DNA of 64,000 nt from an uncultured Hyphomicrobiales bacterium (GCA_964634885.1 CAZWLN010000007.1:1008-65007); one strand, 5' to 3'. Counted from the stretch's first letter, positions 10,232 through 22,700 are shown. Notes: a model not told the origin generated them from the sequence alone. Made by a program: numbers and translations.

Positions 10232-11017
10232 TTATGAATTTATTTTTACAATGTTTTGATTTCTGTCAATCAGTTCTTTCGCCAGGTCCATATAATTGCG
10301 GGCGCCGGTGGAGATGGCGTCATACAATATCACAGGTTTCCCGTGGCTCGGAGCTTCGGAAATCCTGACGTTCCTGTAGATGATGGTGTTGAAAGCCTTA
10401 TCTTCGAAATGCTTCCTGACTTCCTCCACTACCTGGTTTGACAACCTGAGCCTCGAATCGAACATCGTCAGTAGTACGCCTTCGATGTCGAGGGCAGTAT
10501 TGAGCCTGTACCTGACAATGGAGATTGTGTTGAGCAACTGTCCCAGGCCCTCGAGAGCGTAATACTCGCACTGGACGGGAATGAGTATGGAATTGGCAGC
10601 CGAAAGTGCGTTCAGTGTCAACAGCCCCAGTGACGGCGGGCAGTCGATCAGTATGAAGTCGAACTGGTTCCTGACATTCGTCAGGGCCTCTTTCAGTACC
10701 ATTTCCCGGTTCTTCTTGTTCACCATTTCGATTTCTGCGCCGACGAGATTGATGTGTGAAGGCAGCAGATAGAGATTGGGCATGTCGGTTTTAAGGATGG
10801 CGTCTTTCGCCGGAACCGAATTGACCAATGTCTCATAGACAGTGCTGTCCAGATCCCTTGTGTTGATGCCCATGCCGCCGGAGGCGTTTGCCTGGGGGTC
10901 AATATCTATTAAAAGTACTTTATATTCCGCTGCAGCAAGTGACGCTGCAAGGTTGATGGCCGTCGTCGTCTTGCCTACGCCGCCCTTTTGGTTTGCTATT
11001 GCTATTACTTTACCCAT
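10232..11017 (-). CDS. parA: Chromosome partitioning ATPase ParA/Soj
   Basis: Deviant Walker A '[18 protein letters not shown]' near the N-terminus. Length 261 aa. It sits immediately upstream of parB. Confidence 0.93.
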   Translation of the reverse strand: MGKVIAIANQKGGVGKTTTAINLAASLAAAEYKVLLIDIDPQANASGGMGINTRDLDSTVYETLVNSVPAKDAILKTDMPNLYLLPSHINLVGAEIEMVNKKNREMVLKEALTNVRNQFDFILIDCPPSLGLLTLNALSAANSILIPVQCEYYALEGLGQLLNTISIVRYRLNTALDIEGVLLTMFDSRLRLSNQVVEEVRKHFEDKAFNTIIYRNVRISEAPSHGKPVILYDAISTGARNYMDLAKELIDRNQNIVKINS

Positions 11018-11018
11018 A

Positions 11019-11588
11019 TTATGCCTGTATCACCTTATCATACTTCAGGAAATAAAAGAAAAATGCCGTTAATACTAATGAATGTTTAATTTGGCCGTCG
11101 AGGATCATCTCTTTCACGCTGGAAAGCGGATACTCCACTATTCGTATATCCTCGTGGCCGTCGAGTTTCTGTGCGCCGACCTTTTCACAGTCCTTCCAGA
11201 GGAACGACCAGCACTTGTTGTTAAGGAATGCCGGGTTCGGTATGTTTTCGCCCAGCAGTTCAGCGCTGCCGGCGCCGGCAAAACCCGTCTCTTCGGTACA
11301 TTCCCTTTGTGCGGCAGCCAGGGGTTCTTCTCCGGCTTCGACGAGGCCGCCCGGTACTTCGAGGGTAATTTCGTCGATGCCGTGCCGGTACTGTTCGATG
11401 AACACCACGTTGCCGCCTTTGGTAACAGGAATGATGTTCACCCAGCGTGGCGAGTCGAGAACGACGAACGAGCCGGACTTCTGCCTGTCGGGGTGCTTAC
11501 GCTCGATCTCCCACAGGTCGAATATCCGGAAATTGCCTGCGAACTTCCTGTTCAAAGTGTCCCATTTCTTAATGCTGTCAGCCATCAC
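11019..11588 (-). CDS. NUDIX hydrolase
   Basis: Nudix box '[23 protein letters not shown]' (GX5EX7REUXEEXGU pattern). Its stop overlaps the parA start, implying translational coupling. Confidence 0.85.
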   Translation of the reverse strand: MMADSIKKWDTLNRKFAGNFRIFDLWEIERKHPDRQKSGSFVVLDSPRWVNIIPVTKGGNVVFIEQYRHGIDEITLEVPGGLVEAGEEPLAAAQRECTEETGFAGAGSAELLGENIPNPAFLNNKCWSFLWKDCEKVGAQKLDGHEDIRIVEYPLSSVKEMILDGQIKHSLVLTAFFFYFLKYDKVIQA

Positions 11589-11797
11589 TATCTATCACTC
11601 TGCAATACGATCCAAATAAACATTAACCTTAATAATTATTTGCATAAACTACAAAGTTAAGGAATTTTTGGATTTTATAATATAAATGTAATTATCTTTC
11701 GGTTAAACAATTGGAATAAAAAGGAGAAAACTGCAACTGGCTGATTTGCACCGCCGTTACTTTTGCAGTTATGCCCATTCAGGCAAGGAATGGCTTA

Positions 11798-12331
11798 TTA
11801 TTGCACTTCGCCGAGTTCAATCTGGCTGCCCTTCTCGATGATCTTTTCCAGGTCGAGGAGGATGAGCAGGCGGTCTTCAAGCTTGCCGATGGAGGTGATG
11901 AACTGCGAATCGACGCTGCCGGTCATCTGAGGCGGCGGCTCAGTGATGTTTTTACTAATGCGGATGACTTCGTTGACGTTGTCCACGATGAAGCCGATGG
12001 TCTTGTTGTCGTGTTCGATGACGACGATGCGGGTGTCTTTGTTGTGTTCCCTCGAGTCCATACTCAGCCGCTGTCGCAGGTTGATGATCGGGATGACCTT
12101 GCCGCGGAGGTTGATGACGCCGACGACGAAGTCGGGAGTGTTCGGCACCCTCGTAATTTCTACAATCCTGATGATTTCTTTGACTTTTGTAATATCAACG
12201 CCGAATTCTTCATCTCCGATGTTGAAACTTACGAGTTGGATCAGGTCCAGGCTCGATGCGGCAGCATTTTCTTCTGCAATCTTCTGGTGCAAGTCCTGTA
12301 CAACAGCTTCCGACATTTTTTCACCCTCCAT
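11798..12331 (-). CDS. cheW: Chemotaxis coupling protein CheW
   Basis: The CheW domain is recognisable ('EEFGVDITKVKEIIRIVEITRVPNTPDFVVGVINLRGKVIPIINLR'). At ~175 aa it is a single-domain protein. Confidence 0.85.
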   Translation of the reverse strand: MEGEKMSEAVVQDLHQKIAEENAAASSLDLIQLVSFNIGDEEFGVDITKVKEIIRIVEITRVPNTPDFVVGVINLRGKVIPIINLRQRLSMDSREHNKDTRIVVIEHDNKTIGFIVDNVNEVIRISKNITEPPPQMTGSVDSQFITSIGKLEDRLLILLDLEKIIEKGSQIELGEVQ

Positions 12332-12407
12332 AGGTTACCAATTAATCCTTAATTCTTTGTTAATATCGGCAGGCAGAAAAAAAACTTTACTGCTTCTTTT
12401 CTTCGTA

Positions 12408-15400
12408 CTATCTTCCGCCTGCAATCGAGATCCTCAGGTCCAGGCCGAACTGCTGGACGTAGTATCCCGGCTGTGCGGCGCCTTCGTTGAAAGTGCCTTC
12501 GTAACGGTAGAACAGCGAAGCAACGACACGCTTGCTCATCGTGTAACGGATACGCGGCTCGACACTAATCTGCGTCGTACCGTTAAGAGTCCTTCCGTTA
12601 TCTCCGTTGTCGGCCGTCTCGTCGTTCTCGTCGAAAGTAACGTCGTAAGTCGCGGTTTTGTTTGCCTTCACCGACGCCGTCAGCGAGAATTCGATCTCGT
12701 TCTCAAGTTTCAGGCCGATGAGGTCCCACTCGAACTTCTTCTTGGCGTAGGAAGCCTGCAACTGGAATTCATCCGATGAACTCTTGGAAACTGTTGCCTT
12801 GTTCGAAGAGTTAAGGCTGTAGGAAGATGTGGTCGAGTACCTGAGGGTAGCAGACATTACACCGTCCATTTTATCTTCATTGAACGAAGCGTTAATTCCT
12901 ATCAGCGGCTGGAAGCCATACTGAACAGACTGTGCCTGGACTGTCTTTCCAAGCGAAGTGTACTCTATTCGTTCGAGGTAGGTGGAAGCGTACTTGTGTT
13001 CGAGGGACATTTTCTGGATAGTACCGCCCCAGATTCCCCACTTCTCGATGCCTTCCCATTTCAACTGCCAGTTGACGGCAGGCAGGAATTTGCCGATTTC
13101 GCCGCTGGAGAATGAAAAGGCTTCCATTCCTTCGGCAAAAGATTCTGAAAGAGCCTGGAGCATCTTCTGATTTCTCGTGGCTCCGGCGGAATCTGTCGCA
13201 ATGATCCGGGTCCTGCGCTGGCCGTAGAGTTCGAGTACATGTTCGATATTGTTGTTGAAGATGTTCAGGCCGAAGATGGACGGGAAAGTAAGGAATGTTT
13301 TATTATACGACTTCAATCCGATGGCATTAGTAAATGTCTGGTTACCCTGATCATCGGTTTCCGAATTGTACCTCTTCGTCCAGCTCAGCTCACTGCTCCA
13401 GTTCAGTTCCAGAGTAGCGCCCACCCACAAAGGCCTCGACGTTTTCAGGTCGAGCTTTGAACGCTGGGAAAAATTGTCCTGTAGAATGGCATTGGGGGGC
13501 CTTTTTCCCGGATAGGTCTCGAAGCCGAAGAACGGGAAATTGTCGCTGCCAACGACGCGGAAACCGCCGTGGGGGAATGTCACAAGGCCAAGCTGGTAAG
13601 CAGCGCTGGGTCCGTAAATGGCGTCGCTCGACCTGGCAGACCAGAAATTGGTCAGGCCGTTGCCGCCGAGGACTCCGGGATTGGTAGCGCTGTTTGACTG
13701 ATTAAAATTAATATCTATCTTTTCATAGTCCATGAATATGAATTTCAGGGCTTTGCCGATGGCGGGGAATATGCCGCTGCCGTTTGACCCGCTGCTGTCC
13801 TTCTGCCCCGGTTTGTGCGGAAGTCCCGGAGTAGCGGCGCTGGAGCCGAAGAGGTCGTCGCCGAGAGCTTTCAGCTTGATTGGCATATTGAACCTGACAG
13901 TGTTGTTAAAAGACGCCACTTTTACTACATCCCTGATGTCCGGATCTTCCTGAAGAGGGTCGGTCCAGTTATAGGATGTGTTGAAAGTGCCGGTCATATC
14001 GAAATACTTTTCGTAACGGCCGAGCGGAAGTTTGGGTTTCATGTTCAGGACAACAGTCTGCGTGTGATAGTTATCCCTTCCGAGGAAAAGGAATTTGCCG
14101 TTGTTGAAGAATACAACGTCTGCCAGTTGGCTGCCGGTACGCTGTTTACCCTCTTCGTTCAACTCGAAGGGAACGAGGGTGCTGAGGGTGTTCATCGAAT
14201 AGTCTATTGAAGGGTTGATGAAACCGTTTTCGGATATTCTCCATGTGAACTGTGCCGAACGGGTCGAGGAGAAATCCCTGATTACAGGCGAAGCCGATTC
14301 AAGGAACCGTGACTTCTCCGTTAAACGGCTTCTCGACATATCGAAATTCAAAGTCAGGTTTGTCGGCAGGAAATTAATTTTCTGCTTTTCATAGGTTCCA
14401 AGTATGAACGCATCCTTGGCCCAGGCAAATGGTTCCAGGGTCAGAAGCGGCGGAATCGTAACGTTATAGGCTACGCCCAGTTTCCATATCCAGTTGAACC
14501 GTTGTTCCACAATGGGGCTTCTCTCAAAGTTTTGAGAATAGGAATAATTGATTGTAACCTGGTTCAGAGTTTGTTTCATCCACCAGTCCTCCACCGGGAT
14601 GCCGAGCTTAATGCCTGTCAGGGCCCAATTGTCTGATACCTTGAGTGTTTGCGAAGGTTTCCTGATTGTGTCTTCGATGTAGGCCATTTCCGATTCGGTC
14701 AGTTTCCTGCCCAGCGCTTTTGATGCATTATACTGGGCAGTAGCAACGGCGGCATCGATACTGATGTCGCTGTTGGCAACGAACTGCGGGTCCTGTACCG
14801 ATTCGGTATGCGTCATCGTTATTGGTATCCTTGTCTGTTTAAATGCTTTCGGTAGGAATTTCTCGGCAGCAATCTGCCCCGTAATCGTCATGTCGTTAGT
14901 AGAGATCCTGTCCCCGAATTTTTCTTCCAGGCCGTGGAAATTGGGCTTCTTCATCGAGAAGCTCCCATTGAAGGTACCGATGTCGGCGAGCTTAAGCTCG
15001 CTGCTGACCCTCGCAGCCCAGTCCGTACTTTTCTCCGGGCTGATCAACCTTAACTCGTCAGCCCACATTGTTGTAGTAAGCTCATCGGGGTATTTGTCCG
15101 CAGGGTTGGCAATGCCGAGGCCGAAATACTGCACCTTTGTGAGTATAGGGTTCCCCTTGATTACATAGGTGATGGTATTATCATTGGGATCGGTGAACGA
15201 CTGCCGTTCATCTATTTTCGTAATATCTCTCGACTGTTTGTAGGACGTCAGTTCCGACAGAGTGATGTTGATGCTCTGCCAGCCGCGCAACAGGGGTTTC
15301 CGGAGTTCATAGTAATTGGAGGAGTCCACTCCGAACCTGATGAAAGCGTATGCTTTGGGTGTAATACCTGAAACGATATTGTCGGGCATGGAGCCGTCAC

Positions 15401-18400
15401 CGTGGAGAAATATCCTCATTTTCTTGTAGTAGAAAAGATCCATCGCCCTGAAGAACCGTACTGCCATTCTTTCCTCGCCATATCTCAGGTTCTGTACACT
15501 GACGGCGATGGACTGTTCGTTAAGCCTGATGTCCTTGGTGGGATCCGAACTGTTCAGCTGCCTTGGAGCTTTAACACCGGGAGGCATCCTGTAATATTCG
15601 GGAGCTTCATAGTTTTCTTCGACGTTAACGTAAGACACCTGGAGTACACTGTCGGATGAAGGTACATTGGCCTGCATATTGTTCTGGCGTAACCAGTGTG
15701 AGCCGGCAAGGCGCCAGTCAGCAATGGACACATTGGCGAGACCGCCCTTAAACCAGAGCCTTACGTATTGTATATTAGAATAGCTGGGACTGCCCACGCT
15801 TCTCGACGGTTTGCGGATTGGTATCCTGTACAGGAACCAGCCGTTGTTGCCGCCGCCGACGATCTGTGAGTTTGCTTCAGCGATAGGCTCCATATTGATT
15901 TCATATGAGAAATAGCTGTTTGTAAGCGACACTGTTTGTCCGTTGTTCTTGTTCAGCACCTCTGAGTCAGGGAACTGGCCGGTTTCTGCATATTTCGAAT
16001 TATTTTCATAATTGTTATATTTTGCGAAATCGCTTTCTTTCCTTTCGTCTGAGGCATTGAAATCGAAATAGTAATCGTCTTTGGCAGGGTCTTCCTCTTC
16101 GGCAAGAATGGCAGCTCCTTTACCACTATAATATGTTTTTTCTTCCGTATTATTTTGGTTGTCCAACCCCTCGTCTTCGCCAATGTCGATGATGTTATTA
16201 GGGAGAGGGTTGTTGGGAGTGCTGCCGTCTTCCGAATTGAGGGTCCCGTTTGCGATGACATCTTCGCTGATATACCCCAGGTCCATGAACATTTTTGTCT
16301 TACCGGGTTCCCAGGCGTTAACCTTCATCATGATTTCAATATATTCAATATTCTCATTGTCAAAATTGGTGTTGAACGATGACAGCAACCGCATCATGCC
16401 GCCCCAGATCTTATCCTGGTTTCTTTCAAAAAAGGGTTCCATCGCCATAGAATCATACTGGGGATTATCTTTATCAAGGTATTCGGGATTCTCATTGTAG
16501 ATGCCGCGCATATGAGGGTCGAATGAAATATACAATGGGCTGAGCATCTGGTTTGTTGCAAGCGTCTGCCTTTTGGGGTAAACTTCATTGATCCTGATGT
16601 TGGGAATGAAATACTGGTACCAGAAAGCCTTACCTTTGAGCTTTGTTGCGTTGGAATCCGTTTTAGCAATGCTGCTGTCAACAGGAGGCGATGAGTGAGA
16701 CCACTGAGTGGGCGTCAAGCCAAGAGATATGTATTTCTGTGCGCCTTCGAAGTCATCTACGTAAACGACAGGTTCGTTCAGGTCTTCAGAAACTTCAGAG
16801 TACCTTTTGTTTGGCTCGGGAATCATCATGGCCCATTCACCCTTCAGCGAGAAGGTGGATTTGACTTTTGTGTCGTAGAAAGGAAGTTTGTTGAGCGCTT
16901 CGGTAATCCAGGGCGCTTCATAGCGCAGGTTCCCGTCAAACCCCATCATGATGTTGGACACGGGTTCATCTCCAAGCCTGACCCTGTCCTGTATTACAGA
17001 CTGGTCATAGAACATGGCGGTAAATCCCAGGCCTGCCTGAACGTTTCGTTTTTTGATGAGTTCGTAGTCGGCTCTCAACCCAAGCATTGTACGGGTGGTG
17101 ATATTGAAGACGTCGTTGGCTTCATATTCAATCGTAACATTGGCGTTCGGCAGGGTTGCACGGGCGTTTCTCAGTGTAACGATGCCGGAATAGTAATCGA
17201 CAATATAGTCGTCATATTCTTTTAACGCCACACCGTCGAGCATTACCTTAACGCTTTTTTCTGCCAGGTTGATTGCACCGAGGGATATCCTGTTCGTAGC
17301 TTTGCCTGAGACCTGGCCGCTGATGATGAAATGGTCCTTGTTCGTATTCTTCTTAGCAGCGTCGTATGTTGTGTCATAAATATCGGGATAGGTATATTGG
17401 TCGGCAAGACTCTCGTTCTGCAATTTTTCCCTGAAATAGTCTCTGAGGCCCTGGTCAAAAGGCTCCAGTTCAGGAAAAGTAATTTCACCTCTTGCAGCGT
17501 CGAAGAACGGGTCTTTCAGGTCAAACTGGCCGTCGGGCGTCGTAGAGCCTGTGCTGTTGTTGATCTGGTCAACACGCATGATGGTAACCAGCTTGTCCTG
17601 GACGTTAGGCAGCAGGTCAGTAGAATCGTTAGACTTGTTAATATACCAGATGCCGACCTTCGTGTCGGTTACATTGACATTCGTAGCGTTGATGGAGTAT
17701 TTGTTTTTCATCTGCCTGTTCCACAGTATCCCGAAGGAAGGCTGAAGGTTGGGAACATAGAGCAGTTTAAGAGTAAGTTTCGCTTTTGCGTCAACGTCAG
17801 TCTGCAAGTCGCCGTAGAATTCGTTCTCGGTAGTACCTTTGATGCTGTAGGCAACGGCGTAATACCTGTCGGACCTGAGGTTGTTGATTGTCAGTGTTCC
17901 CAGGCTGGTATTGAGTTTGTAACGGTTTGTGTCCAATTTCATGAACTTTCCTTCGACGACGGCCCCGATTTGAAGTGTTCTTCCGGTAACAGACGCGTCG
18001 TAAGACTGGTTTCTTTTTCGGGAAGGCAGGTCGGCAATTGCTTTTGCATCTCTCGATATATCCGTTACAGTGTTTGTCGATTCCCAGACTTCAATTCCCT
18101 GGAGTACCTCCAGCGCCCTTGAAGAATCATCCGTAGGAATGATCGGGCTGGTACTCTTGAAATACTTCTTGTACACTTTCTTATAGTTAGAGTCCAGGAA
18201 GAAGTGGTTTCTGGCATAGTCGTAAGCCCTGATGGAAAACACCTGTGTGCTGACGCCGCCGGTAACCTTAACCGTCTTTTTTTCGCCTCTTCTTTGGGAA
18301 GCAATAGTTTTAAGGAAGAGCGGCCCGAACTGAAAATCGGCACGTACGCCGAAGAGCGCCTGGCCACCGCTGATGAGTCCCTGGAGAGGAAGCGAAACGT

Positions 18401-19280
18401 TACCGAGTTGTATCAGTTTGATGATGTCGTCGTCTTCGCCTTCATAGCCGATATTGAATTTATTTTCGTACTCAAACTGGCGGCGTGTGTTCCAGTCCGT
18501 ACCAAGCTTGAGCTTGTCGCCGATCTTGGCATCGACCCTGACCCTGATGTCCTGTGTAAAGACAGGCGTGGACTGTGTCTGGCCGAAAGCCGAAACAGTA
18601 CCGAGGTTCTGGCTGTCCCAGCGCCAGCCCAGGCGCAGCAGCACTTCACCGCTGACGTTGATGTTGATTTCCGGCTTGCCGAAGAGGCTCATTACGGGAT
18701 TGGGGGGGACAGGAATGGCAAACCCCGTTGCCTGTGCAAGCATTCGGGCGATATCACCGCCGGACAGCGCCTGTTTCAGGTCGTAACGGGTAAGTATCGA
18801 GTCCCATATCTCATTCCTGATCTTATCTTTCCTGAGTTCGAGATACCTGTCAAGGCCCAGGTCATAGGGATAGTTTACAATGTAGTTGCCGAATTTCTCT
18901 TCAACACGGTACGCCCTGCCGGTGGAATCAGCCGACACATCTACCCTGACACTGTCGGCGCTTGCACCGAACTTCTTGTCGCCTCTCGACGAGTTCGTCC
19001 TGTACCTGTCTGCCGGCGGCTTTGGTATCTGGAAGGCATCCCTCAGTGAGTCAATCTGGCTCACTGCGTCAAATATGGTATTGTAAACAGTAAGAGCTGA
19101 TGAGTACGTAAAAGGAAATCCGAAGAAGGCCTGCGACGTAACCAATGAACATGTATTTAGCAAGGAATTGTTTACTTTACTGTATGGCTGTACGAAGCCC
19201 ACAGGGGCTGCGTCCACTTCTGCCGCTATTGCAATGATGGCAATAGCAGCGGCTATGATATTTCTTACACTGCTGCTCAA
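12408..19280 (-). CDS. sprA: SprA/Sov-like type IX secretion translocon (2290 aa outer-membrane protein)
   Basis: A single 6.9-kb ORF whose N-terminal hydrophobic segment is consistent with export. The size is in the SprA range (~2300-2400 aa). The sequence is rich in Asn/Tyr/Gly and has a beta-barrel-like composition. T9SS cargo proteins and a PorV/Q-like gene lie nearby. Assigned by size and context, not by a verified motif. Confidence 0.65.
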   Translation of the reverse strand: MSSSVRNIIAAAIAIIAIAAEVDAAPVGFVQPYSKVNNSLLNTCSLVTSQAFFGFPFTYSSALTVYNTIFDAVSQIDSLRDAFQIPKPPADRYRTNSSRGDKKFGASADSVRVDVSADSTGRAYRVEEKFGNYIVNYPYDLGLDRYLELRKDKIRNEIWDSILTRYDLKQALSGGDIARMLAQATGFAIPVPPNPVMSLFGKPEININVSGEVLLRLGWRWDSQNLGTVSAFGQTQSTPVFTQDIRVRVDAKIGDKLKLGTDWNTRRQFEYENKFNIGYEGEDDDIIKLIQLGNVSLPLQGLISGGQALFGVRADFQFGPLFLKTIASQRRGEKKTVKVTGGVSTQVFSIRAYDYARNHFFLDSNYKKVYKKYFKSTSPIIPTDDSSRALEVLQGIEVWESTNTVTDISRDAKAIADLPSRKRNQSYDASVTGRTLQIGAVVEGKFMKLDTNRYKLNTSLGTLTINNLRSDRYYAVAYSIKGTTENEFYGDLQTDVDAKAKLTLKLLYVPNLQPSFGILWNRQMKNKYSINATNVNVTDTKVGIWYINKSNDSTDLLPNVQDKLVTIMRVDQINNSTGSTTPDGQFDLKDPFFDAARGEITFPELEPFDQGLRDYFREKLQNESLADQYTYPDIYDTTYDAAKKNTNKDHFIISGQVSGKATNRISLGAINLAEKSVKVMLDGVALKEYDDYIVDYYSGIVTLRNARATLPNANVTIEYEANDVFNITTRTMLGLRADYELIKKRNVQAGLGFTAMFYDQSVIQDRVRLGDEPVSNIMMGFDGNLRYEAPWITEALNKLPFYDTKVKSTFSLKGEWAMMIPEPNKRYSEVSEDLNEPVVYVDDFEGAQKYISLGLTPTQWSHSSPPVDSSIAKTDSNATKLKGKAFWYQYFIPNIRINEVYPKRQTLATNQMLSPLYISFDPHMRGIYNENPEYLDKDNPQYDSMAMEPFFERNQDKIWGGMMRLLSSFNTNFDNENIEYIEIMMKVNAWEPGKTKMFMDLGYISEDVIANGTLNSEDGSTPNNPLPNNIIDIGEDEGLDNQNNTEEKTYYSGKGAAILAEEEDPAKDDYYFDFNASDERKESDFAKYNNYENNSKYAETGQFPDSEVLNKNNGQTVSLTNSYFSYEINMEPIAEANSQIVGGGNNGWFLYRIPIRKPSRSVGSPSYSNIQYVRLWFKGGLANVSIADWRLAGSHWLRQNNMQANVPSSDSVLQVSYVNVEENYEAPEYYRMPPGVKAPRQLNSSDPTKDIRLNEQSIAVSVQNLRYGEERMAVRFFRAMDLFYYKKMRIFLHGDGSMPDNIVSGITPKAYAFIRFGVDSSNYYELRKPLLRGWQSINITLSELTSYKQSRDITKIDERQSFTDPNDNTITYVIKGNPILTKVQYFGLGIANPADKYPDELTTTMWADELRLISPEKSTDWAARVSSELKLADIGTFNGSFSMKKPNFHGLEEKFGDRISTNDMTITGQIAAEKFLPKAFKQTRIPITMTHTESVQDPQFVANSDISIDAAVATAQYNASKALGRKLTESEMAYIEDTIRKPSQTLKVSDNWALTGIKLGIPVEDWWMKQTLNQVTINYSYSQNFERSPIVEQRFNWIWKLGVAYNVTIPPLLTLEPFAWAKDAFILGTYEKQKINFLPTNLTLNFDMSRSRLTEKSRFLESASPVIRDFSSTRSAQFTWRISENGFINPSIDYSMNTLSTLVPFELNEEGKQRTGSQLADVVFFNNGKFLFLGRDNYHTQTVVLNMKPKLPLGRYEKYFDMTGTFNTSYNWTDPLQEDPDIRDVVKVASFNNTVRFNMPIKLKALGDDLFGSSAATPGLPHKPGQKDSSGSNGSGIFPAIGKALKFIFMDYEKIDINFNQSNSATNPGVLGGNGLTNFWSARSSDAIYGPSAAYQLGLVTFPHGGFRVVGSDNFPFFGFETYPGKRPPNAILQDNFSQRSKLDLKTSRPLWVGATLELNWSSELSWTKRYNSETDDQGNQTFTNAIGLKSYNKTFLTFPSIFGLNIFNNNIEHVLELYGQRRTRIIATDSAGATRNQKMLQALSESFAEGMEAFSFSSGEIGKFLPAVNWQLKWEGIEKWGIWGGTIQKMSLEHKYASTYLERIEYTSLGKTVQAQSVQYGFQPLIGINASFNEDKMDGVMSATLRYSTTSSYSLNSSNKATVSKSSSDEFQLQASYAKKKFEWDLIGLKLENEIEFSLTASVKANKTATYDVTFDENDETADNGDNGRTLNGTTQISVEPRIRYTMSKRVVASLFYRYEGTFNEGAAQPGYYVQQFGLDLRISIAGGR

Positions 19281-19796
19281 TCGTACTCAAACATTAATTC
19301 AACATAACACCTTAAGGGCACAACACCGGTTTACAGCCAGTGCCGGCTCCTCTTTCCAATGTGTCTGTCTTTATGCAAATTATCAACCTACTATCTTTAC
19401 AAAAAACAAATATAACGTAGCAGTGTACTCTATATAGCCTCTGACTTGTTAATAATAACCATTTCTTTCTTACACAATTCCATTTGTTTCATTCTCTTTC
19501 AACTGCCGTCAATGGACAAAAAATCTTTTCCCTGCCACTACAGGCCATTTTCGACATTCTTCCCGACTTCATTAATCGGTTTTTTATTATTGCAAATTAG
19601 CACTATAATCTATTTCCGTGCCATTTTGCAATTCAACTTAATAAGATTATCTTAAAATTTTCAAATTTTAATAGTATAATAAACATTTTTACTCCTTTTT
19701 TATTTTAATACCCTCTGCTGCTATTTTTTTAATTGCCTGATAAAACAATAATCTTTAATTTACTAAAAATAGTATTGATTATTTATTGTCGGGCAA

Positions 19797-22700
19797 TTGT
19801 TACTGAAGAAAAACGCAATGACTATGAGGTTTCACAATATATCGGCTGTGTTATTGCTCTTGCTGGCAACAGCCTTCAATTCATACGGAAGGCCTTCCTC
19901 CGGAACCTGTTTCACGGAGAACAGGGGACAGGTAACGGATATGAACGGCGCTCCGGCTGACAATGTCCTTTACACCCTTGAATCCAGCAATGCCAAAGTC
20001 TATTTCGGAATCAACACCGTCAGCTATGTTTTCCGCAGGATTGCCCCTGTCGGTTCACCCCTGAAGACAATCCCGGGGAACATATTACCTGTGGAAAACG
20101 ACTCCGTCCTCGTCAACTATCACCGTATCGACCTTACATTCGAAGGCTCCCTGCCGGGAGTAACCGTCGAGCCATTGGAGCCTGCCGGCGGATACTGCAA
20201 TGTGTACAGCCCGAACCTGCCCGGCGGCGCCTGCTCCGTCAGGTCATTCAGGCGTCTCCGGTACAGGAATATATACCCCCATATCGATTTGGTTTTCTAT
20301 GTCAGCGCCGACAATAACATGAAATACGACATTATAGTCAATCCCGGGGGGAGTGTGTCTGACATAGCAATGACGTACAAAGGTCAGGAGGCTGTCGAAC
20401 TGCTGAAAGGCAACATCATCGTCAACTGCCCGCTTGGAACAGTAACAGAAATGAAACCATACACATACCAGCATCTTCCGGGCAGCGCCGTTACCGTGAA
20501 GAGTAATCCCACTGAAGTAACAGTTGCCAGCAGTTTCAATGTCAGCAACGGGAGCATCCGTTTCGACGTAGCCGGCTATGACAAATCAAGGGCGCTGGTA
20601 ATTGACCCTAATGTCACCTGGTCTTCATACTACGGCGGCATTGACCCCGATCACGGATACTCTGTGACTGTCAACGGCCTCAATGAAGTAATCCTCGTAG
20701 GAAGGACCATTAGCAGCAATTTCCCGGTTTCTCCCGGGGCTTACCAGAATAAAATTACCGGCTCCTACGACATGTACATCACTCGCATGAATTCCGACGG
20801 AGAGATCATCTGGACAACATTTTACGGCGGTACCGACAATGAATATGTAAACAATGTCTGCACAGACAAAGACTACAATATCATTGTCGGAGGCTGGACC
20901 TGGAGTACGGATTTCCCTGTTTCAGCCGGCGCTTACCAGACAAATTTTGCAGGGCCGGAAAATGACGTTGTAATAATGAAATTCGACTCAAGTGGAATGA
21001 GGCTCTGGAGTACATTCTTCGGCGGCGATAAAACAGAACACCTTTACGGCCTGGCCATCGACTCGGAGGACAACATCATTGCCACGGGATGGACAAACAG
21101 TAAAACCTTCTCCGAAGCTCCGTTCGCAACCTCTTTCAATTCATTCCAGAGGACAAACCAGGGAGTGGACGACGTTTACCTCCTGAAACTCAACCCTTCG
21201 GGCGGATATGTCTGGGGAACATTTTTCGGCGGAGACAGCACCGAGGAAGCAATGAGCCTTGCCGTCGGAGAGTTAGACAACATTTACATTACGGGTTCGA
21301 CCAAAAGTCCCGATTTCCCGCTTGCCGGCAATGTAATGTCCCCTTCATTGCAGGGCCTGAGGGACGCTTTCCTGGCACAGTTCGGGTCTTCCGGCAACCT
21401 GGTCTATTCTTCTTACTTCGGTTCCGACGACAATGATGAAGGAATGGGTATCTGCCTCGATCCGGATAATAATATATATATTACAGGCTATACGTACAGT
21501 AAGTCCTTTCCTGTTACAAAAGGCTGCATCCAGGACAGCCTTTCCGGCATTGCCGATGCATTCATAATGAAACTGAACAACGGCAAAATCGTACAATGGT
21601 CAACTTTCTACGGCAGCGACGAATATGATTATGCCTCGTCCATAGCTGCAGACAGAATTGGGAATTTCGCCATTACAGGCCAGACCTGGGGCAACGGCCT
21701 GCCGGTCTCCCCGGGCGCACTCTCCGATACGCTAAATGGAATTACCGACGCTTTCGCGTCCAAGTTCAATGCCGCTGACTGTTCGTTGATCTGGGGTTCA
21801 TACTACGGCGGTGAAAATGATGATATTGGTAGATACATTGCGGCAGACATATATGATAATTTCTATTCCACCGGCAGCACTTCCAGCCCGGACTTCCCGG
21901 CCATCGACCCTCCCCTCCAGGGTAATTACGGTGGCAATACGGACGCCTACCTGATGAAACACTGCCTGTCTGAGCCTGTCACAGAAATTACGCCTTCCGG
22001 CGCGCTCGAATTCTGCGAAGGCAACTTTGTCAGCCTCGACGGCGGCGAAGGTTTTGCTGCTTACCGCTGGTCAAACGGTTCTACCGACAGATTTGTCGAT
22101 ATTACTGAGTCCGGCGAATTCTATGTTACGGTGTGGGATGATAATTACTGCCGAGGAGTGTCGAAGCCGGTACGCGTTACCGTCCATCCCCTGCCCGACA
22201 TACAGATCTTAGGCAAACAGATGATCTGTCCCGGCGAATCCGGGGTACTGTCTTCGAACCATGATTACAAAAGCTATTCATGGTCAACGGGAGAAACGAC
22301 CAAACAGATAACGGTTGACAAAGAAAACATCTATGAGCTGACTGTAATCGACAGTTTCGGCTGCACAAGTACGACAAGCATTCTTGTTACATTCTACCCG
22401 GAAACATACTCTGAAGTTACCGGCCCGACCAAGGTTTACGTCAGCAATACGCAGAAAACATATTCAATTAAAAATACCAACGGCACGGATTTCACCTGGA
22501 CAATAGTAAACGGTACCTTACTGTCAGGCCAGAACTCCAAGAAAATCGACGTTAACTGGGACAGCAATGCCGACACAGGCTTCATCTATCTTAAAACAGA
22601 AAACATGAATACCGGTTGCATCTCCTATGACACGATCACTGTCGTTATCAGCCAGTTGTTTGTCCCGAAGATCACTACCAGCACCGGGATGTTCCATGTC

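Noticed and set aside
19281-19796. Possible small gene or ncRNA in the sprA/cargo divergent intergenic region
   Set aside because: There are only very short AT-rich ORFs (19446-19655 and others) with no RBS or signal features. The region is most simply a shared promoter region.
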